Below, in pieces: positions 42,720 through 52,481 of a stretch of 64,000 nt of DNA (the stretch's first letter is position 1; each line of letters begins with the position of its first letter). The position numbers and the translations under genes were made by a program. The notes below the pieces were generated by a model, which was not told the DNA's origin, made no database searches, and saw only the letters and a program-made list of their open reading frames with translations. This DNA is from an uncultured Gammaproteobacteria bacterium. Its GTDB lineage: Bacteria; Pseudomonadota; Gammaproteobacteria; UBA9214. Location: NCBI GenBank assembly GCA_963773065.1, contig CAVYZN010000006.1:32001-96000 (forward strand). Direction: 5' to 3'.

Positions 42720-43671
42720 ATGAATCATCCCGGCGCAGCAACAACCCCCGTCACCCACCCCGCGCCGCCGGATTCACCGGCGCTGCGCGCCCTGGTTGAT
42801 GCCCTGCTCCAGCGCCATGGCGATGCGGTCAACGCAATCCTGTTTTACGGCTCCTGCCTGCGCAGCGGCGATCTCTTCGACGGCCTGGTTGACCTCTATC
42901 TGATCGTCGACGGCTACACGGCCTTCTACCCGCGCAAGACCCGGGCGCTGGCCAACTGGCTGCTGCCGCCCAATGTGTTTTATACCGAGATCGAGCGTGA
43001 CGGGACGGGTGGTGCGCGCCAAGTACGCCGTGCTCTCGAGCGCCGACCTGCGCAACGGCACCTCGCGGCGCTGGTTTCACTCCTACCTGTGGGGCCGTTT
43101 CACCCAACCCACCGCCCTGGCGTGGTGCCGTGATGAGGCCGCCCGCCGCCAGGTCAATGCGAGCCTGGCGAACGCCCGGCGCACCTTTCTGGAACGGGTG
43201 CTGCCGCGGTTGCCCGCCGCCGGCCGGGTGTGCGATCTCTGGCGGCTGGGCCTGCAATTGAGCTATGGAGCGGAACTGCGGGCGGAATCCACGGGGCGCC
43301 CGGGTGAACTGACGGAGGCGGCACTGGACTACTATGCCGCGGCGACCCGTGAAGCCGCCGCGTCGCTGCGTTACCCGCTGACCCTTGAGGGTGACGGCGC
43401 CGCCATGCGCTATCATGCCGCAGTGCCGGCTCTCAGCCGCGGGCTGAGCCGGCCCGGCTGGGCGCTGCGCACCGCGCAGGGCAAGCTGCTGTCGGTCTTG
43501 CGCCTGCTCAAGGCCCTGTTCACCTTCGAAGGCGGGCTCGATTACCTCGCCTGGAAACTGGAGCGCCATTCCGGGCAGCGGGTTGAAATTCCCTCCCGCG
43601 TGCGGCGCTATCCGCTGATCTTTATCTGGGGTCTTTTCTACCGTCTCTACCGGCGTGGTATATTTCGCTGA
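42720..43671 (+). CDS. CpgC-like nucleotidyltransferase-fold protein (frameshift near 43000)
   Basis: AILFYGSCLR...DGLVDLYLIVD.Y, LLPPNVFY, RAKYAV, LWGRFTQP, LRLLKA.FTFEGGLDYLAWK.ERHSG; follows the lipid kinase. Confidence 0.68.
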
Positions 43672-43690
43672 TTTTTCTGTTCAACGCAAC

Positions 43691-43761
43691 TCACCGCAGT
43701 GACGCAGAGAATTCAAGGAAATAGATGTCCTTTGAAATTCTTCTCTGCGTCTTTGCGGTGA
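43691..43761. repeat. Intergenic inverted repeat
   Basis: TCACCGCAGTGACGCAGAGAA ... TTCTCTGCGTCTTTGCGGTGA. Confidence 0.7.
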
Positions 43762-44022
43762 AATTCTTCTTTGAAAAACAGATTTCAGCCATTCTGGCAA
43801 GGAAGGATCGATGAGTATCACAGAGCGCCTTCGCAAGGCCCGCCGGAAAATCACCTGGAAGAGCGGCAAGTCATGATTCATGGCATGAGCCGCCTGATTG
43901 CCAGGCAGTCACTGATCGGCGCCAACCGGTGTTCGATAAAACGATAGTCCTTCCCTAAGTACCGCGGAGCAGACGAGACCAAATGTACACAATCCCCGAA
44001 ACCCGTCACACATGCCGGAGAA

Positions 44023-44948
44023 ATGCCCACGATACGCAAAAAGAAACGCGAGATGTCTCGTTTCGCTGCTGTTCTTCCTGTCCCGCAAGCAGAAACTCGC
44101 CCTCGATCACTGGCTGCGCGGCCGCAAGGAATACAAGGAAGTCCGCAAGAGCGGACTACGTCATCGTCTCACCGCCCAAATGCGGGCGCACCTGGTTGCG
44201 CCTGATGCTGTCCCGTTTCTTCCAGATTCGCTACGGGCTGCCCGAGGGTGAGTTGCTGGGCTACGACAATTACCACAAAATGAATCCGGCCATACCCCGG
44301 ATACGTTTCACGCACGACCGCTACATCCGGGACTACACGAAAAACCGTGATTCCAAGCGCGACTTTTATCACAAGAACGTGATTCTGCTGGTGCGTGACC
44401 CGCGCGATGTGGCGGTCTCGAACTATTTCCAATGGATCAATACCGTCAACCCCTACAAGAAGCAGTTGCTGAATCTCCCCGAGCATCCGGAGGATGTCCC
44501 GCTATTTGAATATGCGATGACGCGCCAATTCGGCATACCACGCACCGTTGACTTTCTCAATGCCTGGGCAGGCGAACTCGAAAAGATCCGGAACACATCT
44601 GCTGATCCGTTACGAGGACATGCGCGCGGAACCGGCACGCTTACTCGGGAACATTCTGGACTTCATGGGCATTCAGGCATCCGCGCAAGAGATCGACCAG
44701 GTAGTGGATCAGAGACCTCCTTCGAGAACATGAAAAAGCTCGAGCAGGATCAGACGATCACATCGGGCAGCCGCCGCCTGATGGTAAAGGATCCGAACAA
44801 CCCGGATGCCTACAAGGTGCGGCGCGGCAAGGTCGGCGGCTATACGGACTACTTCAGCGATCGGGAAATCAGGGACATCGACCGGCTCATCGCGACGCTG
44901 CCACCCGTGTACGGCTATGCACCCGATGCCGGGCCGGTACACGAATAG
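44023..44948 (+). CDS. PAPS-dependent sulfotransferase 1 (frameshifted)
   Basis: DYVIVSPPKCGRTWL (5'-PSB), LVRDPRDVAVSNYF (3'-PB), RYEDMRAEP, SFENMK, KVRRGKVGGY. Confidence 0.88.
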
Positions 44949-44982
44949 CAATGCCGGGGCGACCGCCGATGAGTTGCAGCAG

Positions 44983-45836
44983 ATGGCCATGAAATTTCTC
45001 CAATCATTCCGGACCTGGCGCCACAAACGGCGCTGGGCGCGCCGGAATATCTATCAACAGCGCAATGCCGATGCCATCGTGGTATCGCACACCAAGAGTG
45101 GCCGCACCTGGCTGCGCATCATGATTTCCTACCTCTATCATCTTGAATATGGCACACCCGCCACCGAGATCATCGCTTTTGACAACCTGCATGCGCTGAA
45201 TCCGGCCATCCCGCGCCTCTATTTTAACCGTGACACCAGGGTACCGACCTTCGCGCAGGGTAGAACTTTTAGTACAGATGGCGAATGACATGAAGGTATT
45301 GTTTCTGGTGCGTGACCCGCGTGATGTCGCCGTGTCATTCTATTTCCACGTCATCAATCGCGCATCCGACCGGGAGTTGATCCGTAAGGGAATACCGCCG
45401 CAAGCGAGATCATTATCGCTGTATGATTTCGTGGTCGATCGCGATCTGGGCATTCCCCGTATCGTCAGTCACTTCAATCGCTGGCACGACGAAATGCAAA
45501 CCATGCCGCATACCATGGTTATGAAGTATGAAGACATGCGCGCCGAACCCGTAACCACACTGGGTCAGGCCATGCGCTTTCTTGACCGCGATTTCAGTCA
45601 CGAAAACCTGGCAAAGGCGGTGGAATTCGCCTCATTCGACAACCTTGCGCGCAAGGAGAAAAGCGGGTTTTTCCAATCCGGCCGCATGCGTCCGATCAAC
45701 CCGCGGTGACACCGGCTCCTTCAAGGTCCGGCGGGGCAAGGTCGGCGGTTACCGGGATTACTTTACGGCGCAACAGAATGAGACCATCGACGCCCTGGTA
45801 CGGGAGCAGTTGCATCCCTGCTATGGATATACCTGA
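44983..45836 (+). CDS. PAPS-dependent sulfotransferase 2 (frameshifted), paralog of the upstream gene
   Basis: DAIVVSHTKSGRTWL, LVRDPRDVAVSFYF, KYEDMRAEP, ASFDNL, KVRRGKVGGY. Confidence 0.88.
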
Positions 45837-45875
45837 GCTTAGACACCGCGCGCTCGTATACTGACCCTCACAGGT

Positions 45876-45987
45876 AGTGCCACGGTCCGGTCGGCTTGCC
45901 GAAACACGCCGGTATACGTCCCTGTAGGCTCGTGTGCCGCCGTCCTGGCGGCACACGTTTTCGGCAAGCCGACCGGACCGTGGCACT
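45876..45987. repeat. Nested perfect palindrome (29 bp outer stem, 11 bp inner stem)
   Basis: AGTGCCACGGTCCGGTCGGCTTGCCGAAA / TTTCGGCAAGCCGACCGGACCGTGGCACT; inner CGTGTGCCGCC-GTCCT-GGCGGCACACG. Confidence 0.85.
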
Positions 45988-46130
45988 CCAGCGCGGCCAA
46001 TGAAGACCGTGGCATGAGACACATGAGACCCTGCCGCCTGTGCATCCGTGAGCCATGGGCCATGTTGACGGGCTGACGGACTAGCCCCTATAGTTTCCGC
46101 GACTTCCTTACCTGGCATGTTCCTTACCCC

Positions 46131-47846
46131 ATGCGTCTACTCCTGACTCTGCTGAGGGCTTACCCCTGGCGGACCGCTTTCGCCCTGGTTTCCATACTCT
46201 TCGCGGGTATCGCCGATGGTGTAAGCATCTCCGCCCTGTTGCCCTTGCTCAATCTCGTTACCCGCGGGAATTACAGGGAAGGCTGCCGCGATACTCACTG
46301 CATCGCCAGGCAGGCACCCGTGTCGAGGCAATGATCCTCAACGGGCTGTCATACCTCGGCCTGGAAGCCACACTTGGGGTATTGCTCGTCCTCGTCGTAT
46401 TGGCCGTTCTTGTGAAAAGCATGCTCTTGCTCCTGGCCAATAACCACGTAGGCTATTCCGCGGCCCACATCACCACCGAACTGCGCCTCGCCCTGTTACG
46501 GGCCGTGCTCGCCACAAGCTGGGAGTATTTCCTGCATCAACCGATTGGAAAGCTCGCCAACTCCATGGCCACCGAGGCAAACCGCTCCGCGCAGTCGTAC
46601 ATATTCGGCGTCACCATGCTGGCAATGCTGTTCCAGGCACTGGTGTACATGGCAATTGCACTGGCCGTCTCCTGGAAGGCGACGCTGACCGCACTGGGGA
46701 TCGGACTCGTCATACTCGCTGTCTCCACATCTGCTGGTGAGAATGTCCAGGAGCGCCGGAAATCGCCAGACCAAAGTCTATAAATCATTGATTTCCCGCC
46801 TGACGGATACCTGCAGTCGGTCAAGTCACTCAAGGCAATGGCGCGGGAGGACCTGGCGGATACCGTGTTGAGCGCGGAAACGGCGAAGTTGAACCGGCCC
46901 TGCAAACGATGTGTTCAGCCGGGAATTACTGGATGCCGTCCAGAGCCCCTTGACTGCCATGGTCATCGCAATGGGTATCTACTCGCGCTGCACATATGGG
47001 CATGCCTTCGCCGCGGTTCTGGTGCTGGTGATACTCCTGGCCCGCGTGCTCGGACAAATGGGCAAGGTACAAAAACAGTATCAGAAGCTGGTCACCAACG
47101 AGAGCGCCTTCTGGTCTTACGTCACGCCATCAACATGCCGAGCAGGCCCGGGAGGTCGGCACGGGAACCGAAAGCCGAAGCTCGAGTCGGGCATCAGGTT
47201 CGGAACGGTATCCTTCGCCTATGGCGAGAAGACGGTATTGCAGAAGGTGTCGATGAGGATACCGGCCAAGTCCCTGACGACGATTATCGGGTCCTCCGGC
47301 GCCGGCAAGACCACCCTGGTCGATCTGGTGATCGGGCTCTACCAGCCCGATGGCGGGACGGTATATCTGGACGACATGCCATTGACGTCGGATCGATCTC
47401 AAGCTATGGCGGCAAAAAATAGGCTATGTACCCCAGGAACAGCTCCTGCTTCACGACAGTATCCTGACCAATGTCACCTTCGGCGATCCGCAACTCACCG
47501 AAGCGGACGCGGAGTATGCCTTGAGGGCGGCGGGACGCCTGGGAATTCGTCAGCGAACTACCGGATGGCATGCAGAGCAACGTGGGAGAACGCGGCGCCA
47601 AACTTTCCGGCGGACAACGGCAGCGCATCATGATCGCCCGCGCCCTGGCGCACCGGCCATCGGTGTTGATACTGGATGAACCGACGAGCGCGCTGGATCC
47701 GGCACAGCGAGTCGATCATCAGCGATACCTTGCGCCAATTACGCGACAATTACACGATACTCGCCATCTCTCATCAGCCGGCGCTGGCAAAATCGGCCGA
47801 TGTGATATACCGGCTGCAGGATGGTCAATTGCATCAGACTTCGTGA
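46131..47846 (+). CDS. ABC transporter permease/ATP-binding protein, MsbA-like (multiple frameshifts)
   Basis: N-terminal TM pieces; [11 protein letters not shown] (Walker A), [42 protein letters not shown]. Confidence 0.85.
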
Positions 47847-47849
47847 GTG

Positions 47850-48114
47850 CGGCCCATCCGGCGAACACTGCCGGCAAAAAGCCATGGCCGTGAGCTGCTT
47901 CGCCACCCTGTGATGTGAGTCGCGCGATAGCAGGACATTTCGCACCCATGCCGAAGCAAAGATGGCGATCCTCGAGTTCATCGAGGTATGGTACAAACCA
48001 CATCGGCGGCATTCATCCCTTGATTATCAATCACGGATCAACTATGAAAGATGACACCAAACCGGCGGCCTTGGGAACAAGTACTAACCTTTCCACTGAA
48101 ACGGGTCAAGCCCA
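47850..48114 (+). mobile_element. IS3-family remnant (integrase C-terminus and right end)
   Basis: FATL..., RTFRTHAEAKMAILEFIEVWY..HRRHSSLDYQS.INYE; terminus TCCACTGAAACGGGTCAAGCCCA. Confidence 0.75.
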
Positions 48115-48337
48115 CCCGGCAGAGCCGGGGGGTTTACCTAACGGAAATTACCGGGAGTAAATTTGGACAGCCGGAGGCTAGCGCCGAGAGGGCGAGACAC
48201 ATCGAAGGGCCGAGCAATCAACTGCCGACACGGGGATATTCAGTCCTGGGCAGGCCATCCATTGGCTATCTTTACGCAACAACTTACCATGACACTCTTT
48301 GCTTGGTTTAAATCACAATTGAGGCGCCGCCAGCTTC

Positions 48338-49276
48338 TCAAATATAGCCCAGTTTACCGAGATCGACATCAAAGTCTTCCGCGAGATGCCGGTTGGACTC
48401 ACTGTACAATGACACAATACTCGTCCTTTGCCGGCTATCCAGTTCAAAACTGAATTTCCTGAACGGTACTCGCTTCAAAACAATCCGCAGCCACCTTGGA
48501 AAACTCGCGATCTTCCAATTGTGCCGATGCAGTTTGTCGAGCAAGTACTCGTTGGCCGTAATGTGATACCCACTGCCCGAAAACGATCGAGGTTTGGTAT
48601 TGAATGATCCTCTGGCAAGGCACTGCTGCGACCTGTGTGCGTCAATACCGAGATACTCCGACAATCGCTGTGTAAATCGATCACGGTCGCCGACAAATTC
48701 CTCGAATGTGAACAGGGTGACCATCTCCTTCCCGAATAGTGTTCTGTAGAAGGCAGCGACCTCGTTGTAAAACAGTGTGGCGAAATAACCCTCTCGCGGG
48801 TGCTCAAGTGAGGCATCAACGAAGCGACGAAAGTCATCAGGAACACGGGAAACTGAGTCAAAAAAGTACGACGGAATAATATCGACCTGCCGTCTGATCG
48901 TGAGCATGACGCAAACATCATAATCGGCGCTGACGGGCTCAGCGAATACTTGTCGGATGCGTTCTGCGGTGCGCCCGATATCATGATCACCATAGCGGGT
49001 GGGGCGCAGAAAGTCCTCATGTGAAAGCATCATGTTACGGCCATTCTCCTGCTTTGCCACGAGACCGGCGAAAGTTTCCTGTAACTGAGGCAGCGCTCGC
49101 TCGAATTGCACCGAGTCTAGTTTCAGTATCTGCTTTTCGAGAGCCAGTAGATCACCGGTAAGCGGCTTGCCCAGATAGCAAAGATCGGGGTGTCGCTTAA
49201 AAAGCTGCTTTTGCAACGTGGTGGTTGCCGTCTTCGGATAGCCGACATGCAGGAAAAATTTCTTGCGGGTTTCCAT
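48338..49276 (-). CDS. Sulfotransferase-family protein 3
   Basis: FLHVGYPKTATTTLQ, LSHEDF, TIRRQ.D...SY, FTFEEF, YSESN..LA. Confidence 0.78.
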   Translation of the reverse strand: METRKKFFLHVGYPKTATTTLQKQLFKRHPDLCYLGKPLTGDLLALEKQILKLDSVQFERALPQLQETFAGLVAKQENGRNMMLSHEDFLRPTRYGDHDIGRTAERIRQVFAEPVSADYDVCVMLTIRRQVDIIPSYFFDSVSRVPDDFRRFVDASLEHPREGYFATLFYNEVAAFYRTLFGKEMVTLFTFEEFVGDRDRFTQRLSEYLGIDAHRSQQCLARGSFNTKPRSFSGSGYHITANEYLLDKLHRHNWKIASFPRWLRIVLKRVPFRKFSFELDSRQRTSIVSLYSESNRHLAEDFDVDLGKLGYI

Positions 49277-49559
49277 GCCCGGTTAGCCTATTGCAACGTG
49301 ATGACAGCCGTGATCAAAGGGATCCATGCCGTTTGAATCGACGAAGGTTGGCAATGTGTGCGAAAAAAGTGAACATCTTCGTAAATTCCAGCGCGTTTTC
49401 AAGCCGGGGGGCAGATTAAACCTGAACTACCAAGTATATGGCAGGGATTAGACAATAATCAGACAGCCGCAGCAAGCCCACTGCAGATGCTCTCGAACCG
49501 CTCGCGTACCATGATATTCTTGCCCACATCGAGTACGACACCACCATTTATAACTCCAC

Positions 49560-49700
49560 GTCATTGACCTTGCCGGCCTGCAGCCAGGTGCGCCTGCACC
49601 CGGGACAGGAGACGATCAGCCAATCGGTACGCCGGAACTTGTACGAGCGACTGGCCTTTCTGCGTGACTTGAGCGGCACAAGTTCTCGATAAGACGCTGC
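49560..49700 (-). pseudogene. Collapsed sulfotransferase remnant
   Basis: Manual translation RRTDWLIVSCPGCRRTWLQAGKVN: a degenerate 5'-PSB motif joined to a GKV-like C-terminal motif. Confidence 0.4.
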
Positions 49701-49762
49701 GGGCAGGTCTTCAGGTTTCAGGGGCAGGCCACCGCGGGTACGGGAAGCCGGTATACGCGGTA

Positions 49763-50575
49763 TCAGGAAAACACCGGTACTCTGGACGCCAGCTGGAATG
49801 TGGCGCGGTCCAGACGCGGCATTTCGTTAAGGTAAGTGGTATCACGCCTCAGTACCACATTGTTTTCTGAACGCAGCTTGCGGTTCCCGCGAATCATGTG
49901 AGACACCCGTTCGAAGGGTTGACCACTGCCGAGCCGCTCCCCGATGGCGTCGAAGTCCAGCCCCAGGCACTCACCCACTGGGCGCAACGCCGCATGCGGG
50001 TTGCTGCAGATATCCTCGTAACTGACACGCACGGCTTTTGCGCCGAGTTGCTCCTCCAGTCGGGAATACTGCCTGACCTGCCACACCCAGTGACGCGAAA
50101 CCGCGGCGACCCGACGTAACCGCTTCCAGCGGGACGTCCCCAGAACTCCGATCCGGAGATCCTTACGGATCCGGGAATACACAACAGCCCGGCCATCCCT
50201 GACAACATGGACCAAGTACAGGTCGATGCCGTCGATGGACTGCAGCAGTTGCGCATAGCCCACGTTGTGGGTGACATCGCCGATAAACGGCCTGCCTGAC
50301 ATGACGCTTATCAATTCGTACAGTCGCGGCAACTTTTCGCTGTCAGGCCAGTCCTGGACCGGCTTGTACCGGTGACGTATTTCCAGCCAGAAGGGACAGT
50401 CAGCGGCCGGGACGCCGCAGGAACAGACATTGGCCGCTCCAAACATGACGCCGTGCGGAAATTCACGCAGCTTTCCGGTAGAGAAAATATCCGGGTGCTG
50501 GCCAAGCATCATATTGAAGATAGTCGTACCGCCATGTGCGGCACCGGCAATCAAGACAACTTTGTGTTTGGACAT
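49763..50575 (-). CDS. Sulfotransferase-family protein 4
   Basis: LIAGAAHGGTT...MMLGQHP, CSCG....DCPFW, HVVRDGRAV..S, VSYEDI..NP, H.IRGN. Confidence 0.8.
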   Translation of the reverse strand: MSKHKVVLIAGAAHGGTTIFNMMLGQHPDIFSTGKLREFPHGVMFGAANVCSCGVPAADCPFWLEIRHRYKPVQDWPDSEKLPRLYELISVMSGRPFIGDVTHNVGYAQLLQSIDGIDLYLVHVVRDGRAVVYSRIRKDLRIGVLGTSRWKRLRRVAAVSRHWVWQVRQYSRLEEQLGAKAVRVSYEDICSNPHAALRPVGECLGLDFDAIGERLGSGQPFERVSHMIRGNRKLRSENNVVLRRDTTYLNEMPRLDRATFQLASRVPVFS

Positions 50576-50874
50576 TGGGCGCAAACGAAGACAACCGAAC
50601 CTGTCAGGGGTCTACATGATAACCGAAAGTCACACTAAGGGGTTTCGCCTTTTTTATTCATGCAATTACGCGGGCTAACAGCTTATAATCACTCGCCTTG
50701 CGATTCATGATACAGACTGTCGCGGGGCAAGCATCATCAACCGACCACCCGGCGGCGGGCTGCCGGAGACACTGCAAGCCGGTTTCATGACCGACACCAA
50801 GGGATAGCGGGACGGACATTGTGCTATGCTCCGCGCTGGCAACACGGGTTCATATCACGCGCAGATTCCACAGC

Positions 50875-51624
50875 ATGTATTTCAACTTCGACAATCTCGA
50901 GTTCCGCTACGAGCCCTACCCCATCGGCATCTCCAGGCCGCTCATGAAACCGGAGGTCTACCGGGAGTTCCTGGACAACTACCCGGAAAAGGAATGGTTC
51001 AAGTACATGGCCAAGCTCGGGCACAAGTATTCCCTGTCAGAGCACTTCGATGCGAAGAAATTCTATCGCTTTCTGCGTGGCAACCCGCTCTGGAACGACT
51101 TCAACACGTGGATCAAGAGCCGCGACTTCGTCAGCCGGGTCCTCGATGCGCTGGCCGAGCGCTCGCTCGATCTGGGCTATGACCCGGACATGTCGGTCGC
51201 CAGGCAGTTTCGCAAGCGGCTGACGCATTGGGGACGCATGAGCTGCAGCGGTGCGCGGCTGCGATCGCGCTTCGAGTTTTCCATGCTGCCGGCGGATGGC
51301 GGCCATATCCTGCCGCACACCGATTCGCCCAACAAGATCGTCACCCTGATCATCTCCATGGTCGGTGACGGCGAATGGGACCCCGCCTACGGCGGCGGCA
51401 CCGACGTCAACCGGCACAAGGACATCAGCCACAATTTCAACTGGACCAACGAGCAGGGCCGGTTTGAAGACATGGAGGTCGTCGATACCTTCGAATTCAG
51501 CCCCAACCAGGCGGTGATGTTCATCAAGACCTTCAACTCCTGGCACTCCGTGCGGCCCATGACCGGCAAGGGCTCAGCGGCCATGCGCAGAACGCTGACC
51601 ATCAATATCGAAGCCTTTGCCTGA
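50875..51624 (+). CDS. 2OG-Fe(II) oxygenase superfamily protein
   Basis: LPHTDS (HxD), GGGT, FIKTFNSWHSV (distal His), RRTLTINI (Arg). Confidence 0.75.
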   Translation: MYFNFDNLEFRYEPYPIGISRPLMKPEVYREFLDNYPEKEWFKYMAKLGHKYSLSEHFDAKKFYRFLRGNPLWNDFNTWIKSRDFVSRVLDALAERSLDLGYDPDMSVARQFRKRLTHWGRMSCSGARLRSRFEFSMLPADGGHILPHTDSPNKIVTLIISMVGDGEWDPAYGGGTDVNRHKDISHNFNWTNEQGRFEDMEVVDTFEFSPNQAVMFIKTFNSWHSVRPMTGKGSAAMRRTLTINIEAFA

Positions 51625-51674
51625 ATCGACCGCCTACTGCCCGCCGTTGAGGGAGCCGCGCCGGGAACTGATGC

Positions 51675-52368
51675 ATGCCCACCTTATTGATCCTCGGTTC
51701 AAAACCCGATCCCGCCCTGCCGCCGGCCGCGAGTTTCGATGCCGTGGCCTGCGCCAACGCCTCCGGCTACTCCGCGGACCGCCACGGCCTGCCGGTACCG
51801 GCGCTTACCGCCATATCGGCGGTGCTGACCTCGGGCATCGGGTCCGGCAAACAGAGCCTGGAAGCCCTGCGCGGATTGCGCACCGAGGCGCTCTACCGGG
51901 TGCCGCAATTCGACAAGCCCCGAAAGACTGTGGAAGAAAATAAAAACCCTGCCGGTCGCCATCAAGACCTCGCCGGTTTTTTTCAAGTTCCGACTCAGAC
52001 AGGCGGATTACCACTGGAACAGCTTCATCAGCCGCGACGTGGCCTTTTACCAGGCGTTGATCGGTACGCTGTGCCGGAATGATCCGGAGATAATGGCGCT
52101 GGTGTCGGAAAAAAAACCGTCTACCGGCGTGATCACCCTCCTGCTCGGCATGTCACTCGGCCGCTATGACCGCTACATCATGAGCGGTTTCAATTTCGAG
52201 CTCACCCATGCCTATGCGGATAATCCCGAGATCCGCCAGCGAGGCACCACGCTGAGCCGCCACACGCCAACGGATTTGCAGGTGCTGCGCCGCCTCGCGC
52301 ACCTCCATGGCACTATCTTCACGACGGAAACGGCGGTCAACTTACAGGCCGGAATCCCCTTCCTGTGA
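51675..52368 (+). CDS. Hypothetical protein with GT29 (sialyltransferase)-like motifs (frameshift near 51940)
   Basis: LILGS...FDAVACAN; KPSTGVITLLLG...YDRYIMSGFNF (S-motif-like); RHTPTD (VS-motif-like). Confidence 0.45.
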
Positions 52369-52481
52369 GACGGCCGTTCAAGGCCGGGGCCGCGCCGCGC
52401 AATGCGCACCGGCATTGAGGCAACGCCGCCGGCCGAATATAATCCCCTCTCCGGTTATCCGCCTGGCAAGGCATCCTTACC

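Noticed and set aside
41550-43133. 527 aa ORF that looks like a lipid kinase fused to a CpgC-like protein
   Set aside because: The kinase C-terminus (TLDGE...TFVRV*) continues in another frame and stops at 42672; the fusion results from a frameshift.
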